Below, in pieces: positions 43,200-54,624 of a stretch of DNA of 64,000 bases. The translations under genes and the position numbers were made by a program. Position 1 is the stretch's first letter; each line of letters opens with the position of its first letter. The notes under the pieces were generated by a model. That model was not told where the DNA came from. It made no database searches and worked only from the letters and a program-made list of their open reading frames with translations. Source of the stretch: the human T2T-CHM13v2.0 reference genome, Homo sapiens; assembly GCF_009914755.1 (NCBI RefSeq), contig NC_060931.1; one strand, written 5' to 3'.

Positions 43200-43945
43200 T
43201 CTTTCCATTTCACATGTACCTTTACTTTCCTATTTTAGATACTATTTTCTCATTGTGACTACTGGAACTATCTCTTAAACATACCATCGCTGCCTTTAAT
43301 CTCAGTTGCTTCAGTTTTCAAATTGCTGCCATAGTTTCTTTTCTAAAACACTTACCCTAGCACTTCACTGTCCTGCTCAAAAAGCTCCATTCCTTTTTCC
43401 CTGCTGTGTCAAATTCAAAGCCAAACTCGGCACAGGTTTCTAACCAGGACCAAGCTCATCTTACTGTCTCATCACCTGACTGCCCCCACAACCACTGTGT
43501 TACATTCTTCCACAGTGGATGCTCAACTTTCTTAGAATGTGAATGCTCTTCCCTGTCTTCAAGCTATTATTAAACTGCCTTCTCTGTCATGAATACCTTT
43601 TCCACATCTCGACCACCAGAAGAAATGTCACTTTCTATTTGTAACTTAAATTAGATGTCACTTGCTCTCTGTGTTGTAATCTTTAAGCTTCCCTTATGTA
43701 GTTTCTTAATCTCAACCTTATACTGTGTTTGTAAATGCTCATGCCTCTATCATATCACTTATCAAATTGAATTATTGTTAGTAACAGGTTTCTGTACCTC
43801 CACTGTTAAGCTATGAAATTTGACAACTCACAGAACCACATTGTCTTAATCTGTGTATTCTCAATTTTAAAAGACACAGCACTCTTGTAAAAATTAGGTA
43901 CCTTAGAAGAGAATCAATAAAATATATGTAAAATAAATAAATGAT
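43200..43945 (+). mobile_element. L2 3' region
   Basis: cttttctaaaacac, ctgtcctgctcaaaaagctcc, ttagatgtcactt and tail aatcaataaaatat...aaatga. Confidence 0.6.
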
Positions 43946-45209
43946 TTATGAAAGATAAACATGAACATAAACTAAAGAAAGACAATAAGAACACTGATAG
44001 GCATCTATTTTTTTTTTCTTGTAAAGAACGCCTTTGACTTTAAAAGATTATGTAGAGAATTCAGACCTGGAAGAGAACTCAAATATTAGATCATTTTAGT
44101 ATAATCTTTCCATTTAAAAGATGAAGTTGAGAGGCTTGGATGGGCTCGCAACACAGAAAAATGGCAGAACTAGGGGAAAAAAACCTAGGATCCCAAATAC
44201 ACAGTCAACACCATTATATAGTGTTATGCCAACTTTACTGAGAGTCATACAGCATATTTGAAAAAACAAAGACATTTCTTGTTTATGGACAGAAGAGCTA
44301 AGTATGGGAAAAACGTTAATTCTTTCTGAATAAATCTGTATTCAGGCATGTTATAATCCCAGTAGAAATAACTAGGCAGTATTTTCTGGAATTTTAATAG
44401 TATTTTAAATTTTAATTATGAGAGTAAATGAGCAAAAATAACTAGAGTGATTTTATACTATACAATATATTGTTGGTGGGTTTTAGTTAAAAACAAAGTG
44501 AAATTGTGATTTGTTTTTTTCAATGAATTACTGTAAATATAATTACTGTTAATAATTTTCTTAGAATACCTTTCTAGAAATAAGAAAATAAGAATTTGAT
44601 ATGTACCAAGCAAATGATCTCCAAAAAAACAATGCTGATCAATATAATACATTTTAGTAACTATAAATGTTTAAGTCTTCATAAATTTGATAAGGGGAAA
44701 ACAGTCTCTCATTGATGAATTGGACTTTCTTTGATTATAAGTGAGACTTAACATTTTTTTCAAATGTTTATTAACATTTACAAGTTTTGTCAATTGACCT
44801 CTTAGAGATTGCATAGTTTATATCAATTCATGTGGCTCTTTTAATGTTTAGGATATTCATGTTTTGACACAACACCCCCCCAATGAATCCTTATAATTTC
44901 CGTTTTTGAATTATGTTCATGATAATTTGTAATATCCAAGTGTTACATTTTTAAAGAATCAAACATGGCATTTTTTAAAATAATTTCTTTTACTGATTTT
45001 AAACTTTCCCATTCAAATCAAATAAACCTTCGCCTACATTTTCTTTTATTCTTTTGCTTCTTTTTCACATAATTCTAAAATAAATTTCAAATGGATAATA
45101 CTTTCTTATGTGGAAAAATCATCTCAGTTGAATCTACTGTAAACTCTTAATCAATAAAATGTTATTTCCCAGTGAGTTCTAAAAGCCACCATTATCATAT
45201 GATAAATTC

Positions 45210-45254
<45 letters not shown>
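45210..45254. repeat. (AT)11(AC)11 compound microsatellite
   Basis: Direct reading; copy numbers approximate. Confidence 0.93.
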
Positions 45255-45317
45255 ATTGTAGAATTATTTACTTATTTATCATCATTCTATGTTTCTGACT
45301 ATTTCTATTTGGTTTCA

Positions 45318-45424
45318 TTTATCACATGTCTATTTTGGTACTAGTTTCATACTGGATTGATTATTGTAGTTTATCACATGTCTATTCTGGTATTAGTTTC
45401 ATACTGGATTGATTATTGTAGTTT
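45318..45424. repeat. 52-bp tandem duplication
   Basis: tttatcacatgtctatt(t/c)tggta(c/t)tagtttcatactggattgattattgtag at 45318 and 45370. Confidence 0.95.
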
Positions 45425-46759
45425 AACATTATGCTTAAGTGTTAAATGTTTGGTAGGAATATTTTTCCTTAAAATCACTCTAGTTATTTTTGCTCATTTA
45501 CTCTCATAATTAAAATTTAAAATACTATTAAAATTCCAGAAAATACTCCCTAGTTATTCTACTGGAATTATAACATGCCTGAATACAGATTTATTCAGAA
45601 AGAATTAATGTTTTTCCCATACTTAGCTCTTCTGTCCATAAACAAGAAATGTCTCTCCGTTTTTTCAAATATGTTGTATGTCTCTCAGTAAAGTTGTCTT
45701 CAAACAGGTTCAATTTATTCCAAAATATTTTAAATAATTTTTGCCAAAGAAAAAAAGCGTTCCAGTTCCCATGTATTAACAATGACTTCTTAATACTATG
45801 TAGAAAAGTCTTAATGTTCTAATATTAATGTTACATTTTATCTTTCTAATATAATTATTGTCGAGATCAAATAATTTGAAAATCATCATGAAGTAATTTT
45901 TCCCTTATAGTAATAATCTTTGTCATTTTTGTTTCATGTTTATCACACTGGTTAAAACTGATAGAATATTAATAATAGTGGCAATAGGTTTGATCCATCT
46001 CTTGATAAGAGTAACTATAAATATAAAATGTTATAGACTGAGAAAGATGTGCTTTATCATGTTAAATATTTGTTCGATTTCTAGTTTTTTTGTTTTGTAT
46101 TTGTAACATAAATTAGGCTAATATTTTTATCATATGACTTTACACAATCTTATGAAATGTTTATTATTGTCTTATTTGACCTATTAGCATGATTGTAGTA
46201 TATTTTCTAATGTTAAACTATAATTATTCCTTTCAGATAGCTTAAAGGTATTTTATGCTAACAAATTTCCTTCAAAATCAGACTATAGTGTTCAGAGACT
46301 CTCAAATTGTATATTTGGAAATTTTGCATTAACTCTTTGAAATCAATAAGGTTTCTAAAGGAAAGAAGATGCTGATAACTTCTATCTATGTACTGGTCTC
46401 TACAATCTAACAAACGTTTCCATATTATTCTTGGAATATTGAGCACTGAAATATTTAGATCACAACTCACTGCTGAGTTTAGGGAAGCTGCTTTCTTCCT
46501 CTTGGTGTCAGATAATTCAACCCCAATACAAGGGTTTGCATTACAAAATTCTGAAGTTGACTCTTCTCTCCAATTATCACAGATCCTTCCTGATTCCTGT
46601 CTCCCTCAGGCTAACACAAACTCATCCACCTAAAGAAGCAATGAGATTCAGATACCTAGACATCACCCCTCTCTCAGGTTTCCAACTCCCTGCTTAAGCT
46701 TTCCCCATAAGGCACTTACAGAAACTTTCTAAATGTCACCTTTTTTTATAGGGAGTGGT

Positions 46760-47206
46760 CTGTGACAACCAAGTTTGTACTACTTCCTCCTGTACACTGA
46801 TAATCTGGAACAGATCTGACATACAACCTAAGTTTGGCTAATGAGATTCAAGCTTCCAAGAAGCTGACATTGAGACTTAAAAAAAAAAGTTAGTTTTAAC
46901 AAGTGTCTTAAAGAATAGCTAAACCCTGGAAATGGAGATCCTCTGCTACCCTGTGAACCTAGAAGAAGAGAAAACCAATATAAAGAGAAACAGATAAAGC
47001 AGACAGACAGAAAGACAGAGATGCTTTTTTTTTCTTATAGGTTTTTATTTCTTAGGACCAGTTCTTTCTTTAGACTCGTTTCTATTCCCGCTATGCGGTT
47101 TCCTGATGCACATTCACAAATTCTTAATTTCAGCTTAATTAAGCAAGTTTTAGTTGGTTTCTCAAGTTGGTTGGTTACATACAATCAAACAATTCAGATT
47201 AATATG
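46760..47206 (+). mobile_element. Old MLT1 (K/L-like) LTR
   Basis: 3' end ttaagcaagttttagttggtttct...caatcaaa...attaatatg resembles MLT1K/L. Confidence 0.45.
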
Positions 47207-50111
47207 CCACTGTGCTTGACCTGCCCTGATATGAGCTCAGCTATAGGGCAAGGGAGTAGGGAGGTAGCTCTGAAATTCTATCCAACACTTTCTTTATGAT
47301 AAATAAGGTTCTCATAGCAACAGAAAAATCTTTGATTCTATACAAGATGTACAGAATTAATATTTTATTGCCTATAGATCAGTCTGGAGTAAGGAATTGA
47401 CAAGTTCCTAAAATATCTAACCTCCTTTTCTCTATATTTGTTGATAAATCTTAGGGTTTAAAAATTATAGAAATAACATTTTGTTCAGATAGCAGCAATA
47501 AAAGTAACCCTAAAAGGAAAGTCTTTGTTTCCTTCTGGCTTCCCAAGTAGACAGAAGATGTTAAGAAAACTTGTAAGGAAAACATGAGTAATTCTGGATA
47601 CACTGTGATTCAGAATGTGCTTAAAATACAGATGCAGAAGATGGTTCAGGTACCTTTTTTTCAGTGATTTTAAAAAATCAGTTTCAGTGATTACATTCAA
47701 TTAAACCACCATTGTAGCTTATGTCTTTGATGCCAATTAGTACTCTACAGTTCAGCAGTTTGACTGAATATTCCAGCTTTAGTTAGTTATTTTTTAATGA
47801 AATAATTCTGGCCTGAAATACTAGTCATTTATCACTCTAAATTCTAACATATTCTTTGCTTTGTCAATTAAATGATACACTGGAAGAAGCACAATCTTTT
47901 ACATATCTTTAAACCATTGCTTAAGTAAGCATACCACATACCTGGTTACAATGTGAGAAAGATTAAATTTTAAGAAACAAACAGTTCTCTTTATTTTTGT
48001 ACCAACTGTCTGATGAGCTTCCAGTGCTCTGGCTACTTCACCTTCTGCTCCTATAAACTGGAAGCAGAATCTTCCTCCACACCGATAACGTGGTTTTACT
48101 ATCCCAAACTAAAAAGGAGCATACAAAGAAATGTATCCTGATATCTAATTATGTCAAAAAGAACTAATTTAACAACAATTTTATCTATACAAAAATTAAA
48201 CATTGGGATAGCCACTATTCAATTTTAAATGGGCATTACTAAGTAATTCCATCTAATGGGTCAATTTTTTTAATTCCTTGAGAGTACCTTTTGTAGCTCA
48301 CTGATCCTGGCAGACAATCTAGAAGGCCACACTGTACAAACTTGGCAGTTGCCTTATAAAGCTCATTCTTTGACAACTGGCAATAGCTAGGCTAAAAACC
48401 TTCTAATATATAATGTTTTTTGTTGTCGTGTATAGTAAGCAGCTCTGGTTCTAGTCAAGCACATCTGGGTTCTTCAGAAAATTAAAAATTGGTCCTGAGC
48501 AAACCTTGTTTTGGCCAATGGCCTCCTTGCACTTTTGGTGTTAGGGAGGTGGGTCAGCTGTCCCACCAGGTGAGAACACTGGCTATCACCAACATAATCA
48601 ACTCAACTGGTTTCCAATTAACAACATAACATAGCTGTTTTCTAGGTTCCTAACAGCTAACACAAGCTCCAAAAGTCTACTTCCAGCTGCTATTAAATCC
48701 CTGCGAAGAGCAATGATATGTGTGTAAGTCTGCAGATTGTATGTGTGCTTCATAGAGCCACTGGGACTCTTCAAGGTACTTCCGAGACCAGTAAGCAGGA
48801 CTAAGGAAGTGGACCAGCCAGGGCTATGCCAATCCCTTAACAGTTCTTGTTTTTTAACAGATTGAAATGTTAGATTTCTGAGTAGGATATTTTTGAAGAT
48901 AGAGTCTTAAAACTAGAGTATAAGGGAGATGTTCTTCATTTATTCTTCAGAGTATGGTACATCCCCGTATCATCAGGGCTCAAAAGAGTTATACATCTAA
49001 ATCAAGGATGATTATCTTCCTCCTCCTTGGAAACATCTTTAATGAAATATACTATACTTTCAGTGTTATAAGAGTTACATCATTTCTTAACTTTGATTGT
49101 GGGTACAAATGCAAAACAGCCAGAGAAGACTTCTGCTTTTGCTGTAAAATTTTGTAAAATAACATTGCTCATTTGGCTGTCAAAGTCGCATATGACACCT
49201 TTCTTTTGGAAATAATTTCCAAGAAAATGTGTTCTCTCTTGAAAAATAGGTAAGCTTGCTTCTATCATATAATGAAAATTATAAATCACATTGTCGGTCC
49301 CTTTATGCTTTGACTGCTTAAGAAGCTCAAAAGTTAATGATTTCATCCTTTATTCTGCTTACCATATTTGTTTCTTCCTCCTTTAGTAGTTTTGATGGTG
49401 TACTTTTATTTGAACAGCTTTGTGTGTCATTTTTATCATAAACAGAATGAACATGAATACATAAGTCAATAATAAAATTAAAATGTGATGAATATCCTGG
49501 AAATCACTGAAAATCAACAGAATTATGTATTCTATGATCATTTGCTTATCTTCAGGTCTCTTATCCTGTATTATCAGCTACTGGAACACAACCAAGACTC
49601 AAGCCCAGCAAAATCAATCTCCAAAGAGCTCAAAGAGATTGTCTTTTAAGTTCATATACTAAGATTTATTTATTTTCCATAACCCTCATCTGAGCTATAT
49701 GTAGCCTTATATCAGACACAGCACAGTTCTATTATGCTCCAATAGGTTCTTGTTGCTTTCGAGATGAAGAACAAACCTTAATAATGGCCTATAAGACCTC
49801 ACATGGTATTCATGGCCTGGCCTATTGCCCTACCCTTATCTCAGACACCTACTCCCTTCAGATTTCATCTGTTCCTAAATCCCTATATTAGGGAAATGTC
49901 CACTATTATAAACTCTAAATCCAGAATATCTCCCTTTTCAGCACTCATTGCAGATTACATAATTATATTTTTGTGTGCTTATTTGATTAATACCTAAGTT
50001 CTCCAGGAAACTCGAAGTGCCATGAATGTTTTGTCTATGTTCCCCAGTAAAGTATCGTCAGCACCTGTCCTAAAAACAAGCACAGCAACAGCAGCAGCAA
50101 CACTTTGATAA

Positions 50112-50114
<3 letters not shown>

Positions 50115-50144
<30 letters not shown>
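50115..50144. repeat. A30 homopolymer
   Basis: Counted directly. Confidence 0.97.
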
Positions 50145-50146
<2 letters not shown>

Positions 50147-51627
50147 GGACAGAACTCAAAGATTATTGGAGTCTAGAGGCAAATCCTTTTAATAGCCATT
50201 ACATTAAGATATTCTTTAACAGTCTTTAATAGTATCATTATATTACAGGATGGTATAATAATTATAATAATTGAAGTCATCAAGGAAGGGTTAGGTTTTG
50301 ATCATGGTTAAGATGAAAGACAAATTAGTAATTTGCCTTTAAAATGCTTTCTTTAGTGCTTCTTTAAAAGACTTCCCTGTCTTCTGGAGGTGAGCTTCAG
50401 TTCTATGGAAACTTCACTCATCTGCATTATTCTTCCCACTTCTTAACTAGCAATATTAGATAAAGGAAGTGTTCCCCAACCTCAGGTTATGGTAAACAAC
50501 CTTGTATTGCAACATTCCTCTTTTGATCAATTTCATAATTGCATAAAAATTATTTTCAAACTCCTGTTAGTGTTCATATTCCCAACAAAAAGATTAATGT
50601 TATGTAATGTTTCACAAATATTCTGCCACAGACGATGTGTGTTGAATTTAAACCAAATTCTGTCTTAGGTTGCCTTTAAAGGAAAAATGCAAAAAAAAAA
50701 AAAATAAAGAAGAAGTTTCCACTTGAATTCTAAATTGAAGATGACCTCGTGCTTTTCTGAGAAACGCTGGCAGCTGAGGTCACTGGAGTGTGTTATGATA
50801 GACGGTGCAGTGCTGTGCGTGTCTCAAGGCATGTCCATTGTATGGATTAAAGCCAAACCAAAAGTATTAGACAGCTCAGAGCATTCTATCATTTCATTTG
50901 AAAATAATGATCAAAGTCATGGGCAACAACCATTGCAACTCTCATGAAAGAACAGCAGCATTCAATAATTCCATCACTTCAGACAGGCAGTTGGGCTATT
51001 TTCAATCAAATACTGTGAATCCAGTATATTCTGTATCAGTTTCTCGTGGCAGTCACAGAAACAACATTTCTGCTTTTACAGTATAAAAATCCTGCCTACA
51101 TTGTGTGCATCCCTTTGCTTCCGAAGGACTGAGTCATTGAGAAAAATATAAGGAAACAGAAAACACAGAAACTTAACACTCGTTGAGTATAAATATACAG
51201 CAACTCCAAGTCATCCATTTTCTTCAAGTCAACCTACTGTTTCAAAAGCTTAAAATCAGTTTCAAAACAAAATGTCTACAATCTCTTCTCTAATAATGAC
51301 ATGAACAAAACATTTTCAAAGAAATCTAATGTCAATGGTTTCAAATAAGCCTTCTAAGTGATCTCTTCAATAGTGATATTTAAGTAAAACATTTTGATTG
51401 ACAGAGGCTTATTTTAAACTTTTGCCTCCTTCACGCATAGATTAATGGTAGCATAAAAAATATGTTTGAGATTCAAAAGCAGGTGGAAAAACTCACACTT
51501 CTAATCAAAGAAGAGAACTGCTTCTAATCCTGTGTTTTCCACTCTGCCTGGGTATCTTCTATATATAGGAGGAAAAACACACCCTGTCGCTTTTAATGTA
51601 TTTAGACACACACACGTTGTAACTTAC

Positions 51628-51828
51628 CATTAAAATTTACAGCCCGAATATAACCAAGTAGCTCTTTCCCATCAATGGTACTCATTCGTGGACAAAGGCC
51701 AATGTATCCAGGGCAGAGATCTTTGTGCATATTGTGCAGGGCGTAAGCCATGGAATATACAGCATCAATTACAAATTGGACCTTTCCTTCCTGTTCATAA
51801 GATGAATCCCGAGCAATTCGCTCCAGCC
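51628..51828 (-). CDS. GRM8: Internal coding exon of metabotropic glutamate receptor 8 (Venus-flytrap domain), 201 nt, phase 1/phase 1; probably the exon usually numbered 7
   Basis: Minus strand reads ttttattttgcag|GG CTG GAG CGA ... AAT TTT AAT G|gtaagt. It translates without stops as (G)[66 protein letters not shown](G), which I recognise as mGluR8 (group III mGluR). Canonical AG and GT boundaries. Exon number is from memory. Confidence 0.97.
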
Positions 51829-51868
51829 CTGCAAAATAAAAAAGTAAAAACCATCAGTTGATGTTAGA
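51829..51868 (-). other. GRM8: 3' splice site, polypyrimidine tract and candidate branch points of the GRM8 exon
   Basis: Minus strand: tctaac (A at about -36), ctgat (A at about -26), then ggtttttacttttttttattttgcag. Confidence 0.85.
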
Positions 51869-53917
51869 TTCCAATAAAAGACAGCATTAGAGCTAAGATT
51901 TCCATCATTTGAGGAACACTTAATGAGACACGACTATTTGATTTCACTTCTGATTAATTCTATACTTACTGAGTCAGGTTTTTAAACTGGATATTGAGTT
52001 TATTTGGAAAGAGTAAAACTATTTCATTAGCAACAAAAAGATATAAAGTAAATAAAAGATGTATAGTTTCATTATCTTTTTTCCACCTTATTGAGTCCTA
52101 TTATATTGTGCATTCTAGTAATTACATAACATTTTGGTAGTGGCTTGATCTTTTAAGTAAAATGTGCAGTGTGTGATTCTTGCCATCTGTCTCAGCTCCA
52201 GGAGTGTCATTTATTAGTGGCCCAAAGTAAGGTCTTTCACCACCTACCAAATCAGTTCTAATTTTGAATGTGCTCCATTTGGGAGCCTTTTTGTAACTTT
52301 TATATGACAATACTCCCTTAAGTGACCCTGGTTATCTTTATAATAATCATTCAATTTGTTTTCTTTTTGAACTCAATTTTCTATTTAGAATTTCTGTTAA
52401 AAAGATGTAGATACCTCAAAATGAATGTCATTCAGAATAAATGTACCTGTGTTTGGGCATATTTAGGGCTGCTCATTGGCACTGGAGATTACTTTTAGGT
52501 TGGTGTTTATAATTTAATATGGAAAAGAAATATATTTTAAATGAAATATAAATGAGAGATCAACTATGATCCAACATTATCATTTTGAAAGCGAGGAAAC
52601 TAAGACTCATGGAGATTATAATTACATGGGGTACATGGGGTACATAGGGCAGGTGTGGGAAGCATTCGTAGGTCTCAGACTGCAAGCCCAATATTCTCTC
52701 AATCCCCAGAAAAATTTGGTAGATGGCAAGAATGTTGGGCATACAAGAAAAAATTATGAAAGGGACATCAAGAGTTTATTAAGGGAACAAAAAATGATCT
52801 CCTGTCACTTCTACATCCCTCACCAACCCTTACACAACTGGTAACACTTAGACAAAAGCAAGTATTTTAAACTTTCCATGGATGTTACTAACCTTGAATA
52901 AATTGTATTTAAATTCAACAAATATTTGTTTTCTGAACATCAATGCATATAACCTACATATTTAGAGAGTCGAATTAACGTGGTTTATATTTGTATATTT
53001 ACACTCTGAAAAACTAGTTTTTTTCTAAACAAAAATAGTGGTCAGTTTATTTATTTTTATTCATCGAATTATTGTTTTTGTTCTTCCTCTGGTCTTAATC
53101 ACTTGTGACACTCTGTGCTTTTAGATGCTCTTGGTTGGTATTCTGGTCTCTGTGGTCTGTCATGATGCTGAATTCTGCTCCTCCCTGTTTGGCATAGGTT
53201 TTCCGATTTTCTCATGTCTCAACTTTTCATTCTCCAAGGCTGAGTTTCTTCATCCCCAACCTCAGAATCTGCTAATTGTCAATTTTGTCAACTACTAAAA
53301 TTTCTACAGTCTAGAAATATAAATCGGACTATAAAATGTTGACTACAGAATCCAGAACATTAGATCAATTTATAATAATCAGTTTACTTCATTTTGGAAG
53401 TTAGCTTTTTGGAAAATTAGTTTTCTAAACCTTTCTTGCCATCTAACTGCTATCGTCCCATATTTCCAATGGCCTACCATATCTCTACGTAGTCTGCTGC
53501 TTCCATATCAAACAATATATGTAAAACAAGGCTATCTCTGCAGGGGATTCCCTAAAATATCCTACTGAAAGTTTTGCAAGTTTGCGAGCACAAAGAGACA
53601 GGGAAGATTACTTCTCAAAAGTTATATTGTCTCCTTCAACCTACCCCTTAGCTGCATGATCTAAGCTAAGATCCACAAGACATGGGGACTATGTTCTCTC
53701 CCTATCCCTAGGTTATACTTTTGTCTCCTGAGTCTTAGAACAACACTGCTTGTTCCCAGAATCATTCATCAAGTTTCCTGTGAAAACAACCCTTTCCACT
53801 TCTGCCTAAAATTTCTCTCCCATGGCTTTAACCACAAAGTAGATCATTCATAAGTAAATACTGAAGGATGGTTACAGCAACCAAATAGACGCTGTTATTT
53901 CCGTATAGATTCTAGTC

Positions 53918-54012
53918 TGGTAACTATCCCCTCTTGTTTAGTCCAGGACTGAAGGGCTTCTCAGGACCTAGGACCAAAACCTGAAGAGCCCCCGGAAAAC
54001 CAGGATGGTTGC
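53918..54012. mobile_element. MER94/MER81-like hAT-Blackjack MITE
   Basis: ggtaactatcccctcttgtttagtccaggactga...cccggaaaaccaggatggttg. Confidence 0.55.
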
Positions 54013-54167
54013 TTATGAACAAAGAGGCAAGTGACGAGGAAATTTCAGAGAGAAGACTGAATAACAACTTTGAGGATCAGTCCCTAGGTCTGGATGGATA
54101 TCCCTGTGTTTCATTTATTTTGCATCGCTGAACTTGATAACGGAAAATAAAGACAGTGAGGTTCAGG

Positions 54168-54342
54168 GCAGTTGTTTCCACACTTGGGTCTCTCCTTAAG
54201 TACAGATTTCTCAGCACCACCCCAGACTTGCTGGGTCAGAATCTCCCTACTTGGGACATGAAGGATCTGTCATTTCAACAACTCGCCAAGAGATTCTGGT
54301 GCAACCAGCTGAGTCTGTGGGCCAGCTTTAGGAAATTTCTGC
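54168..54342. mobile_element. MER5-like hAT-Charlie MITE
   Basis: acagatttctcagcaccaccccagacttgctgggtcagaatctc...tttcaacaactcgccaagagattctg. Confidence 0.6.
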
Positions 54343-54624
54343 TCTTCCATACAGCAATCCTCAAAAATACCACTATAGATCTATTGTTTAGAGAATTTTA
54401 TGGTATTGAAGTATGAAAATAAAAATAATTCTTTCATGATATGCACACCCCGAAGAAAATCTAATCAAATTCTTCCCCTTTTCTCACTAGATGAAGAGTC
54501 AAAGAACACAATTCCCAATATTTACGCATTTCAAAGCTTCCACCATGTCCTTAGACACACAGGGAGGCCTGGAGCTGATGACAAGGGTAGAAGCCAGAAA
54601 GACACGAAAGATCTGCAAATAAGA

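Larger units (their letters stand above)
44230..45696. repeat. Inverted duplication: arms 44230-44455 and 45470-45696, spacer about 1014 bp
   Basis: Left arm equals the reverse complement of the right arm with about 7 substitutions and 2 small indels (about 95%). Confidence 0.96.
44460..46330 (-). mobile_element. Very old L1ME-type fragment
   Basis: T-rich antisense L1 ORF2 motifs (atactggattgattattgtagttt, aataatagtggcaatagg, tttctaatgttaaac). Approximate. Confidence 0.6.
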
